Shown: one piece after another, positions 1 through 7,696 of the stretch
Layout: each line of letters starts with the position of its first letter
Numbering within the stretch: position 1 is the stretch's first letter
DNA from: an uncultured Planctomycetia bacterium
GTDB taxonomy: Bacteria; Omnitrophota; Gorgyraeia; Duberdicusellales; 4484-171
Direction: 5' to 3'
Length of the DNA: 53,821 nucleotides
Assembly: GCA_964420965.1 (NCBI GenBank)
Contig: CAYQUQ010000004.1
Coordinates: 1,252 to 55,072 of the forward strand
Notes under the pieces: model-generated
What the model was told of the DNA's origin: nothing
Database searches by the model: none
The model's input: only the letters and a program-made list of their open reading frames with translations
Translations under genes and position numbers: made by a program

Positions 1-1
1 A

Positions 2-199
2 TATAGAGGTCATGAGCAGAATCGTAGTTCATGTTATTTTTTAAGACGTAAAGGCGTAGGCGTAAAGATTAACTTCGGCATAAAAAAAGAAGAGGATATT
101 TTAAAGGGGCATAGCTGGCTTACGCTTGACGGTGAGCCTTACCTTGAAACCGGACGTTTTTACCGGGATTTTAAGGTAATCCATTCCTGTCCTTCCTGA
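2..199 (+). CDS. 3' end of a transglutaminase-like cysteine-protease-fold protein (lasso-peptide B2 / Transglut_core3-like), 5'-truncated by the window edge
   Basis: Not in the ORF track because it is open at the window edge. Frame 2 reads YRGHEQNRSSCYFLRRKGVGVKINFGIKKEEDILKGHSWLTLDGEPYLETGRFYRDFKVIHSCPS, then TGA at 197-199. The pattern LRRxG-x-x-x-x-x-G ... (A/G)H(A/S)W-x3-DG matches my memory of the C-terminal half of PF13471/lasso B2 proteins. Only 65 aa are visible and the expected catalytic Cys lies outside the window. Confidence 0.4.
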   Translation, partial: YRGHEQNRSSCYFLRRKGVGVKINFGIKKEEDILKGHSWLTLDGEPYLETGRFYRDFKVIHSCPS

Positions 200-1425
200 T
201 TCCTTTTTAGCGCCGCCCGGCTGTCTTTATCCCGGGGATTGATCTTTAAGGCCATCCGGTAATATTTTTGGGCCGCTTTTAAGTTACCCCGGATTTTGTA
301 GAGCCCGGCCAGGTTATAGTGACTTTCCGGGAATTGAGGGTGGAGTTTACAGGCTTTCTGGTATTCTTCTTCGGCCTGTTTTAACCGGCCCTGGTGTTCA
401 TAGGCTATCCCCAGATTATTGCGGGCCAAGAGGTGGTCCGGATTGACCCGGATGGCTTTTTTAAGTGTTTTTTCGGCTTCTTTGAACTTATTTTGGTCGC
501 TATAAACCATACCCAGAACAGTTAAAGCATCGGCGTATTCCGGGTCGAGCCGGAGCGACTTTTTTAGATTGAAGACAGCAGCTTGGTAATTTCTTTGTTC
601 CTTATAGACTGCCCCGAGAACAAAGTAGGCATTTTTTAGTTTGCCATTTAATTTTATGGCTTTTTTTAAATATTGGATTGCTTTGTCATCTTCTTTTAAA
701 AAGCTAAAGTAGGTTATACCCACATTGAGATAGCTTAAAGGGTCGTCCGGGGAAGCTACCAGGTATTTAAGCTCGTCACGAAAGTACTTTTTCTGTTTTT
801 TGATGAAATATTTTTCTCCCTTCAGGAATTGAAAATGGTGTATTACGACATCGCAATCCTTAATCGTGGCTTTATTCCTTTTAGTAAAGCCGGGAGCATC
901 TTTGTGGGCGGAATACCTTTCTTCTTTATAGGTTGCTTTTTCTTTTTGAAAAAGCCTTAGGTAGCGGGTGGTGGAGTATCCGGCGCATCCGGAAAGTTTT
1001 TCTTCTTTAAGATATTTCCCGTTATTGGGGCGCCACTGGCGTAGGAGGTCGTAACTTTGGGTGTAGTCCCGCCGGGTGAGAATATAACCCCAGGCCTTTT
1101 TACTTTTGACCAGCTTTTTTAGTTTCGCCAGGTCACCCCTGGCTACAGTTTCATCAGCGTCCAGAACTAATATCCACTTCGAGCCGGCCTTTTTTAAATA
1201 GGTATTCCGCGCCCGGCCCAGGTTTCCGGCTGTCCTGCAGGGAAAGATTTTGGCCCCCAGCCTTCTGGCTATTTTGGTGGTGTTGTCAGACGAACCGGTG
1301 TCGACTACTATGATTTCGGATACTGCCGGTTGCACCGACCGGATAGCCCGGGCGATAAATCGCGCTTCATTTTTTACTATCATGCAGAGTGCGATCGAGT
1401 CTTGAGCAGAGTCTTTCATTGACAT
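160..1425 (-). CDS. Glycosyltransferase family 2 domain fused to C-terminal TPR repeats
   Basis: N-terminus: IALCMIVKNEARFIARAIRSV..IIVVDTGSSDNT..LVLDADE (GT-A fold with a DxD-like DAD). C-terminal ~190 aa holds several 34-aa TPR-like units (AYFVLGAVYKEQRNYQAAVFNLKKSLRLDPEY, GMVYSDQNKFKEAEKTLKKAIRVNPDH, GIAYEHQGRLKQAEEEYQKACKLHPQF, AGLYKIRGNLKAAQKYYRMALKINP). Confidence 0.85.
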   Translation of the reverse strand: MSMKDSAQDSIALCMIVKNEARFIARAIRSVQPAVSEIIVVDTGSSDNTTKIARRLGAKIFPCRTAGNLGRARNTYLKKAGSKWILVLDADETVARGDLAKLKKLVKSKKAWGYILTRRDYTQSYDLLRQWRPNNGKYLKEEKLSGCAGYSTTRYLRLFQKEKATYKEERYSAHKDAPGFTKRNKATIKDCDVVIHHFQFLKGEKYFIKKQKKYFRDELKYLVASPDDPLSYLNVGITYFSFLKEDDKAIQYLKKAIKLNGKLKNAYFVLGAVYKEQRNYQAAVFNLKKSLRLDPEYADALTVLGMVYSDQNKFKEAEKTLKKAIRVNPDHLLARNNLGIAYEHQGRLKQAEEEYQKACKLHPQFPESHYNLAGLYKIRGNLKAAQKYYRMALKINPRDKDSRAALKRNQEGQEWITLKSR

Positions 1426-1447
1426 ACTAGAGACTTATACCTATACT
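1419..1447 (+). promoter_or_regulatory. Sigma70-like promoter, TTGACA-17 nt-TATACT, upstream of the GT4 gene
   Basis: TTGACA at 1419-1424, 17-nt spacer, TATACT at 1442-1447, 41 nt before GTG 1489. The -35 hexamer overlaps the ATG (1423-1425, minus strand) of the divergent GT2-TPR gene. Confidence 0.45.
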
Positions 1448-1488
1448 TTTATATGGTTTATTCTATCATGTTTATGGCGGGGTAAAAA

Positions 1489-2691
1489 GTGAAGATTCAA
1501 TTGCAAAATATACTCTTTTCTCCCTGGGGCAGCGGTATCGGAAATTATTTATATTATGTTTCGAAAACGCTGCTTAAATTGAATCATGAGCCGAGTGTAC
1601 TTTGCGGCCGGCACCGGAAAAATTTAGCCGGGGATGAAGTGTACGAAGGGATCAAGATAGTCCGATACCCTGATTACGCACCGGCAAAGTTGCTTTATTC
1701 GGCCCGGCTTTCGTTTTTATCTGTATTTACCTACCAGAGGAAACTGACCGATTTTATCCGCCGGCGCTCAAGGGATGCCGATGCGATTTGGGCCCGGCAT
1801 CCTTATTGTGCTTATGCTTGCGCGAAAGCCTTTCCGGATAAGCCGCTTATTTATATTCAGGCCGGTGCCTGGCCGAAGGCTTTAAAGAGATTGAACTCAA
1901 TAGCTCCGGGGAGCTGGCGTAGAAAGATTTCTTTTAAGCTGCACAGCTTCCAGAATTATTATATCGAAAAAAAGGCAATTGCAATGAGCAATAAGGTTGT
2001 CGCGCTAAGTACGATTATGAAAAAGGAAATCAGTGAATTTTACCGTTTACCGCCGGATAAAATCATATCCATTCCGCCGGGAGTGGATTTGGAAAGATTT
2101 AAGGCCCGGGAGAAAGATAGTTCTGCCTTAGCCGAGCTGAGCATTCCCGAAGGTTCAAAAATTATTTTATCGGTCTGCCGGCTATCTCCGGAAAAAAATA
2201 TCGTCATGTTGCTGCGTGCTTTCGCCCGGATAGATACTTACGGTATTTACCTGGTTATCGTCGGTGAAGGCCAAGAGAAGGAGCATCTAAAGAGTCTTTC
2301 CCGGGAACTTAAGATAGGGGGGAAGGTAATATTTACCGGACACCGCCGAGATCCGGAAAAATTTTATAATATCGCCGACATATTTGTTCTACCTTCGGTT
2401 TATGAGGGGTTTGGCCATGTATATCTGGAGGCGATGGCTTCGGGGTTACCCTGTGTGGGGTTAAGATCCGATTACCCCAGAGTGGTGGTCGCGACCGAGG
2501 AGATTATCCGTGACGGTGAAACCGGCTATTTAGCAGATCCCGATCAAGTAGAGGATTTATCCGGGAAAATAAAAAGAATTATTTTTGATAATGAATTAAG
2601 GGTAAAGATGGGAGAAGCCGCCCGGAAAGCTTGTGAGCAAAAATACTCCTGGGAAGAGCATGTAAAAAAGATACTTAGATTAACCGGATGA
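1489..2691 (+). CDS. Glycosyltransferase family 4 (GT-B, retaining type)
   Basis: GTG start. C-terminal half has RRDPEKFYNIADIFVLPSVYEGFGHVYLEAMASGLPCVG ... E, the EX7E-type GT4 signature. Confidence 0.85.
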   Translation: MKIQLQNILFSPWGSGIGNYLYYVSKTLLKLNHEPSVLCGRHRKNLAGDEVYEGIKIVRYPDYAPAKLLYSARLSFLSVFTYQRKLTDFIRRRSRDADAIWARHPYCAYACAKAFPDKPLIYIQAGAWPKALKRLNSIAPGSWRRKISFKLHSFQNYYIEKKAIAMSNKVVALSTIMKKEISEFYRLPPDKIISIPPGVDLERFKAREKDSSALAELSIPEGSKIILSVCRLSPEKNIVMLLRAFARIDTYGIYLVIVGEGQEKEHLKSLSRELKIGGKVIFTGHRRDPEKFYNIADIFVLPSVYEGFGHVYLEAMASGLPCVGLRSDYPRVVVATEEIIRDGETGYLADPDQVEDLSGKIKRIIFDNELRVKMGEAARKACEQKYSWEEHVKKILRLTG

Positions 2692-2701
2692 GATTATCTT
2701 A

Positions 2702-2730
2702 TTGACATTTAGCGGATATATTTGTATACT
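2702..2730 (+). promoter_or_regulatory. Sigma70-like promoter, TTGACA-17 nt-TATACT, driving the small peptide ORF
   Basis: TTGACA 2702-2707, 17-nt spacer, TATACT 2725-2730. Followed by AAGGAGG at 2743-2749 and GTG at 2754. Confidence 0.55.
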
Positions 2731-2753
2731 TTATTTAGAAATAAGGAGGTTCA

Positions 2754-2864
2754 GTGACTACAGCCAAAAAGTATATTAAACCTCAGATAAAACGGCAGGG
2801 CAATTTGCGGCGTATAACCCAGCTTTGCCCGGTTGAAAGAGCTCCCCGCAAGAAAAGCCGTTAG
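2754..2864 (+). CDS. 36-aa candidate RiPP precursor with a lasso-type leader motif
   Basis: Hand translation: gtg act aca gcc aaa aag tat att aaa cct cag ata aaa cgg cag ggc aat ttg cgg cgt ata acc cag ctt tgc ccg gtt gaa aga gct ccc cgc aag aaa agc cgt tag = MTTAKKYIKPQIKRQGNLRRITQLCPVERAPRKKSR. It has its own promoter and SD. Y7, P10, I12, G16 and T22 fit the YxxPxLxxxGxxxxxTx spacing of lasso leaders. It sits directly upstream of a PqqD-like RRE gene. It is too short to appear in the ORF track. Confidence 0.55.
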   Translation: MTTAKKYIKPQIKRQGNLRRITQLCPVERAPRKKSR

Positions 2865-2938
2865 GGAAACTTTTAGTTTCTCCCAAGGATCGGCCTTTAA
2901 CTTCCCCTGATAAGAGTTTAAGATTCACCTTTAACTTA

Positions 2939-2967
2939 TTGACATATAATGAGCAGTGGTATACTAT
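2939..2967 (+). promoter_or_regulatory. Sigma70-like promoter upstream of the PqqD-like gene
   Basis: TTGACA 2939-2944. The -10 is either TATACT at 2960-2965 (15-nt spacer) or TACTAT at 2962-2967 (17-nt spacer). AGGAGG at 2976-2981 lies 8 nt before ATG 2990. Confidence 0.4.
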
Positions 2968-2989
2968 ATTTTGAAAGGAGGCTTAAGCT

Positions 2990-3265
2990 ATGCCGGCAGC
3001 ACAAAAATACACAGTGGACAAAGATACCGTGGTTCACCGGATTATTGACGGAGAGGCGGTGATCCTTAATTTGGAAGATGGTTTCTATTACAGCCTGAAC
3101 AGAACAGCTACTTTAATCTGGGAGGCGGTAAACAAAGACAGAAGTTTCGGCGAAATACTGGACTTTTTTAAAAAAGAATACCGGATTTCCGAGGGGCAGT
3201 TAAAAAAGGACATACTGGAATTATTTAAGGACTTGAGCGCCAAGGGATTAATTAAAGACAGGTAA
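2990..3265 (+). CDS. PqqD-family protein (stand-alone RiPP recognition element / peptide chaperone)
   Basis: 91 aa. VVHRIIDGEAVILNLEDGFYYSLNRTATLIWEAVNKDRSFGEILDFFKKEYRISEGQLKKDILELFKDLSAKGLI follows the PqqD pattern (dge.vll....g.yy.LN.ta..iW..l....t..ei...l...y.v......D...fl..L...gli). Confidence 0.8.
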   Translation: MPAAQKYTVDKDTVVHRIIDGEAVILNLEDGFYYSLNRTATLIWEAVNKDRSFGEILDFFKKEYRISEGQLKKDILELFKDLSAKGLIKDR

Positions 3266-3342
3266 ATCTGCGCCGGCAGCCTGCCATCGTCCATTTAGCC
3301 ACGGCCAAGATAAAACCAACTATTTATTTTGAGGCACAAAGT

Positions 3343-4251
3343 ATGTTTCCGGATTTTTTAGGCATCGGCGCGCCCCGCTGCGGCACAAGCTGGTTGTGGG
3401 AAAACCTGCGCTGGCATCCCGATATCTGGATGCCGGCCACTAAAGAAATTCACTATTTTGACCGCCTGGCCAAAGGGTGTTCCGGCAACGTTTTTCAGAA
3501 GCTTTTTGGGCGGCCTAAACATAGCCGGATGTGGCGGCGCTGGATCAGGAAAGAATGGGGTAAGCTCAGGTCGGATTTCGACCGGCAGCGGTTCCTCTGG
3601 GACCTTAAATATTTTTTTGGCGCCTACAATGACGCCTGGTATGCTTCTTTATTTGCTGCCGGTCGAGGCAAGGTAACCGGAGAAATAACGCCTTCCTACT
3701 CAATGCTCGGGCTTAAAGATATAAAACACATTCATGATATCATGCCCGAGATTAAGATTATTTTTTTGATGCGCAATCCGGTAGATATGGTCTGGTCCTT
3801 CATCAAGCTTACTTTTTGTAACCTGCTCGGTAACCCCGTAAGCGCGATTTCTCTGGAAGAGGCATTAAAGAGAGCGGGCCTTAGCGGGGTAGCTTTAATG
3901 TCGAATTATGCGCGAACTTTTAAAAATTGGCTTACTTTTTTTCCTGAACAGCAGTTTTTTATCGGTTTTTTTGAGGAAGTGAAAAACGACCCCGGGGATT
4001 TTCTGTTAAGAATATATAAGTTCCTCGGTGTCCGGGTATCCCGCGAATATTTTCCCGGCCATATCCGGCAGAAGGTTGCCTCCAGCCCGCAACGTGATAT
4101 TCCGCCCGAACTTAAAAAACATCTGTCCGCAAAATATTACCCCCGGATCAAAGAGTTAAGCCTGCTTTTCGGGTCTTACCCGGCTTCATGGCTTAAGGAG
4201 GCAGAAGCTATTTTAGATGAGCCCGGAGTACCCGTAGCCCAATATGGATAA
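3343..4251 (+). CDS. PAPS-dependent sulfotransferase family protein
   Basis: 5'-PSB-like loop GIGAPRCGTSWLWENL near the N-terminus and a 3'-PB-like FLMRNPVDMVWSFIK (RNPxD..xS). Size (302 aa) is typical. Confidence 0.8.
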   Translation: MFPDFLGIGAPRCGTSWLWENLRWHPDIWMPATKEIHYFDRLAKGCSGNVFQKLFGRPKHSRMWRRWIRKEWGKLRSDFDRQRFLWDLKYFFGAYNDAWYASLFAAGRGKVTGEITPSYSMLGLKDIKHIHDIMPEIKIIFLMRNPVDMVWSFIKLTFCNLLGNPVSAISLEEALKRAGLSGVALMSNYARTFKNWLTFFPEQQFFIGFFEEVKNDPGDFLLRIYKFLGVRVSREYFPGHIRQKVASSPQRDIPPELKKHLSAKYYPRIKELSLLFGSYPASWLKEAEAILDEPGVPVAQYG

Positions 4252-5317
4252 TAAGATTCTTCACAATCTGGAACTGCTCGGCCTTATTGCCGGAGAAAAC
4301 AGCGCCGGCATCGAACGCTGCCTGGGGATAAAACAAATAGATTTTAAACATTTTAAAGATTTTGTGGACATCCATCAGTTATCCGGAAATTTATACGTAA
4401 GTCTAGGCCACTCTTCCCTGAAAGGACTTTTTCCCGCCGAGCTGATCGAGCATTTTAAATTCCTCTACACTGAGCAGTGGCTTAAAAACGAGGTGTTGCT
4501 TAGAGAAATCGAAGATTTAGGCCGGGAGTTTGAAAGGAAAAGCCTGGAGGTTTTATTTTTAAAAGGACCTTTTTTTGTCCAGCGTTTTTACGGAGATATC
4601 GACCGCCGGGTGATCAGGGATATCGATATTTTAGTCAGAAAAAAGGATATCGATAAGGCCGATAGAATATTAAGCGCCCGGGGTTTCCGGAGGGATTCAG
4701 CCACGCTGTTTAATAAAAACTTAACCACCTACTTTACCCATCATTTTGAATACTGGAAGGAAGATTTACCCTTAGACCTTCACTGGGCTTTGACCAGCCA
4801 CTTTTCTTTTAATTTAAACTATCCGGAAATATGGGATAAAAAACAACCCTTTATGTTTAAGGGGAGGGTTTTTTACGTTTTAGGCGATGAGTACAAATTA
4901 GTTTTTAGAATTTTGAGCTTGTTTGCCGATATCCAGATCGGTAACCTCTCTTTAAAATCGATTCTGGATACTTACATGATGCTAAGCGCTTTCGGCCGAG
5001 ATGTAGACTGGGAGCAGTTTTTCACCCGGCGCCGGAAAGAGCGGTTGTTCCGGATAGCCTTGAATGTTTTAGATTTAGTCCTGGATATCCTCAATTGCCG
5101 CCGGGATTTCTTAGAGCTTTCCCGGTACCTTGAAGCATCCGGGAAATACATAAAGCACAAGAGCCGGCTCTCTAAATTTGAGCTTCTAAACCGTTCGCGA
5201 TCGGCCTTAAATAATAAGCTTTGGGCCTTTAGTTTATATCAAGGCCCGGTATTTGCATCCTTTTTGTGGTGGACCTTTTCACTCCCCTTTAGAGTAGCCA
5301 TCCATCGCAAGGGATAA
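4244..5317 (+). CDS. Uncharacterised nucleotidyltransferase family protein (PF14907 / NTP_transf_5-like)
   Basis: FLKGPFFVQRFYGDIDRRVIRDIDILVRKKDIDKADRILSARGFRR ... LDLHWAL matches the remembered lKG..l....Y.....R...DiDlLV......a...L...Gy ... lDlH pattern. The start overlaps the sulfotransferase stop by 8 nt. Confidence 0.65.
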   Translation: MDNKILHNLELLGLIAGENSAGIERCLGIKQIDFKHFKDFVDIHQLSGNLYVSLGHSSLKGLFPAELIEHFKFLYTEQWLKNEVLLREIEDLGREFERKSLEVLFLKGPFFVQRFYGDIDRRVIRDIDILVRKKDIDKADRILSARGFRRDSATLFNKNLTTYFTHHFEYWKEDLPLDLHWALTSHFSFNLNYPEIWDKKQPFMFKGRVFYVLGDEYKLVFRILSLFADIQIGNLSLKSILDTYMMLSAFGRDVDWEQFFTRRRKERLFRIALNVLDLVLDILNCRRDFLELSRYLEASGKYIKHKSRLSKFELLNRSRSALNNKLWAFSLYQGPVFASFLWWTFSLPFRVAIHRKG

Positions 5318-5333
5318 TCAGGAAAAACAAGCC

Positions 5334-6311
5334 ATGCCCTGTCTTTCTGTAGTCATCCCGGCTTATAATAGTCAGCAGACTTTAGAAAAATGCCTTAAAG
5401 CCATACGGGAATCTACCTTTAAAGACTATGAGCTTATTGTTGTTGACGGCAAGAGTACCGATAGTACCCGTTTGGTGGCTAAAGAATATGCCGACCGGGT
5501 TATCGCCGTCGGGGCTAATTTTGGCCGCAGCCACAATCGTAATCAAGGCGTTGCCGCCGCCAGCGGAAGAATAGTAGTTAATATTGATGCCGATATAGTT
5601 GTAGAGCCGGATACGCTGCAAAAGATAGCGAATTATTTTTCGGCATACCCGCAAATCAGCGCTTTAAACGGAATTTTAGCCAGGGAGCACCCGCATTTAG
5701 ATTTTTTCAGCCAGTACAAGAATCTTTATATGCATTACCGGTTTTACCGCCTTCCGGAAAGAGTCAATTTCCTCTACGGCTCCTTGCATGCCTTAAGGAG
5801 GGAAGATGTCCAGCCCTATAACGCCAGGATTAAAATAGCCGACGATACGGCTTTAGGCCAGAGCCTGGTGGCCGGGGGGAAAGAAATAGCTTTGGTCAAA
5901 GGTTTGGAGGTAATCCATTTAAAGAAATACAATTTTTTCTCTTTAGTACAGAATGATTTCCAAATTCCTTTTGACTGGGCGAAAATATTCTTAAGCTTTA
6001 AGGGGTTTAAGCAGTTAGGGAGGAATAAAACCGGATTTGCCCACGCTTCCAAGGCCCAATTGATCAGCGTAAGTCTGGCCCCTTTAATCACCGGCCTGCT
6101 TGTTTTGGCTTTAGCCGGCAGTTTCCATTTTTATTTCGGATCGTCTTTTCTTTTGATCTGGTTTTTGTTAAATTACCCTTTTTTTCGTTTTTTGGGCCGG
6201 GAGAAAGGCCTGGCCTTTGCGGCTTTTGCCGTTTTAGTCACTTTCCTGGATAATCTGATTATGGCTTTGGGGATTATTTGCGGAGCTTTAGCCTTTTTAA
6301 TGGGAAAATGA
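5334..6311 (+). CDS. Glycosyltransferase family 2 with C-terminal transmembrane segments
   Basis: LSVVIPAYNSQQTLEKCLKAI..LIVVDGKSTDST..NIDADIVV (GT2 with DxD). The C-terminal ~90 aa is hydrophobic (LISVSLAPLITGLLVLALAG, LLIWFLLNYPFF, AFAAFAVLVTFLDNLIMALGIICGALAFL). Confidence 0.85.
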   Translation: MPCLSVVIPAYNSQQTLEKCLKAIRESTFKDYELIVVDGKSTDSTRLVAKEYADRVIAVGANFGRSHNRNQGVAAASGRIVVNIDADIVVEPDTLQKIANYFSAYPQISALNGILAREHPHLDFFSQYKNLYMHYRFYRLPERVNFLYGSLHALRREDVQPYNARIKIADDTALGQSLVAGGKEIALVKGLEVIHLKKYNFFSLVQNDFQIPFDWAKIFLSFKGFKQLGRNKTGFAHASKAQLISVSLAPLITGLLVLALAGSFHFYFGSSFLLIWFLLNYPFFRFLGREKGLAFAAFAVLVTFLDNLIMALGIICGALAFLMGK

Positions 6312-7693
6312 AAGCCGAGTCTAAAACTTTGATCATTGGAGCAGGCCCCGCGGGGATGGGCTGTGCTTACGCTTTAGCCGAAGCCGGGGTAATACCGTTA
6401 GTAGCCGATAAGGAAAGGGTTGGCGGCGGCCTTTGCCGCACACTTGATTTTAAAGATTTTCGCTTCGACATCGGCGGGCACCGCTTTTTTTCTGCTTCCC
6501 CGGAGGTTAACCGGCTCTGGAAGGATATTCTGGGTGCGGATTTACTCCGGGTCCGAAGGTTATCGCGCATATATTATCGCGATAAATATTTCGATTATCC
6601 GCTTTCTTTCGCCAATACTTTTAAGAACTTAGGCTGGGCGGAAAGTTTATGCTGCGCTACCAACTATTTACAATCCCGGTTTTTACGCCCCGCGGATGAT
6701 AATACCTTCGCCGGATGGACCGTCAATCGTTTCGGTTCCAGATTGTTTAATATTTTTTTTAAGGATTTTACGGAGAAAATCTGGGGCCTGCCTTGCGAGG
6801 ATATTTCTTCGGAGTGGGCCCGGCAGAGGATGCAGGGGCTTTCGCTGAGAGTAGCGGTTCAGAAAGCTTTATCCGGTAATAAAAATTCCGGCCCCAAGAC
6901 ATTATGCGCTGAGTTTTTTTACCCCCGTTTCGGCCCGGGCCAGTTTTACCGCCGTCTGGAAGCTGCTATCGGCAGAAGGGGCGGCAAATTCTCATTTTCG
7001 AAAAAGGTAACTTCCGTCTGGCACGAGGGCAATAAAATCGTAAGTATTAATTTATACGATGGCAACGAAAGTAAAGAAGAGAATTTTGAAGTAAACTATC
7101 TTTTTTCCAGTATGCCTTTATCGTTTCTGGTGAAAAGCTTTAAGCCCTTGCCGCCGGCAGAGGTTGTATCCGCGGCCGAAAATTTGCGGTTCCGCAGTTT
7201 CTTGACCGTAAACGCTATTTTCGATAAAGAGCGTATTTTTCCGGATCAGTGGATATACGTTAATTCTCCCCGGGTGCGGCTGGGCCGGATTCAAAATTAT
7301 AAGAATTGGAGCTTAGGTATGAGCGCTGATTTTAAAAAAACTTCTCTGGGGCTCGAATATTTCTGCAGCCAAGGTGATTCGGTCTGGGCCATGAACGATA
7401 AGGAGTTGATTGCTTACGCGTTAGGCGAACTGGAGAGTTTAGGTATCGTTTCCGGTAAATACTTCCGGGATGGATTTGTCTCCCGCCACGCCGATACTTA
7501 CCCGGTTTATTTACGCGGGTATCAAAAAAATGTTGAAGTTATCCGAAAATACTTAGCTAAGTTTTCCAACCTTCAGACTATCGGCCGGGCCGGCCTTTTC
7601 CGCTACGATAATTCCGACCACGCCCTCCTAACCGGCATACATGCCGCCAGAAATTTTCTCGGCCAAAGCAGCAGTGATATCTGGAAGATTTAA
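6308..7693 (+). CDS. FAD/NAD(P)-binding oxidoreductase (amine-oxidase / protoporphyrinogen-oxidase-like fold)
   Basis: Dinucleotide-binding motif LIIGAGPAGMGCAYALAEAG...VADKERVGG, then DIGGHRFF. I prefer the ATG at 6308 (ATGA overlap with the upstream TGA 6309-6311) to the track start at 6278. Confidence 0.7.
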   Translation: MKAESKTLIIGAGPAGMGCAYALAEAGVIPLVADKERVGGGLCRTLDFKDFRFDIGGHRFFSASPEVNRLWKDILGADLLRVRRLSRIYYRDKYFDYPLSFANTFKNLGWAESLCCATNYLQSRFLRPADDNTFAGWTVNRFGSRLFNIFFKDFTEKIWGLPCEDISSEWARQRMQGLSLRVAVQKALSGNKNSGPKTLCAEFFYPRFGPGQFYRRLEAAIGRRGGKFSFSKKVTSVWHEGNKIVSINLYDGNESKEENFEVNYLFSSMPLSFLVKSFKPLPPAEVVSAAENLRFRSFLTVNAIFDKERIFPDQWIYVNSPRVRLGRIQNYKNWSLGMSADFKKTSLGLEYFCSQGDSVWAMNDKELIAYALGELESLGIVSGKYFRDGFVSRHADTYPVYLRGYQKNVEVIRKYLAKFSNLQTIGRAGLFRYDNSDHALLTGIHAARNFLGQSSSDIWKI

Positions 7694-7696
7694 GGA

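Noticed and set aside
2754-2864. Interpreting the small peptide as a conventional lasso peptide
   Set aside because: With Thr at -2, the core LCPVERAPRKKSR has its only acidic residue at position 5. Known lasso rings close on Asp/Glu at positions 7-9. No Asn-synthetase-like cyclase is in the window. I kept it as a lasso-type leader with a non-lasso core instead.
2864-2884. Imperfect hairpin (gggaaac-tttta-gtttctccc) right after the peptide stop codon, as an attenuating terminator
   Set aside because: The stem is short and has a bulge. No U-tract follows. I cannot compute its stability. It is too weak to call.
3458-3676. 72-aa + strand ORF in an alternative frame inside the sulfotransferase gene (also 3088-3294 on the minus strand, inside the PqqD gene)
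   Set aside because: They overlap motif-supported genes, and the products are Gly/Ser-rich and low-complexity.
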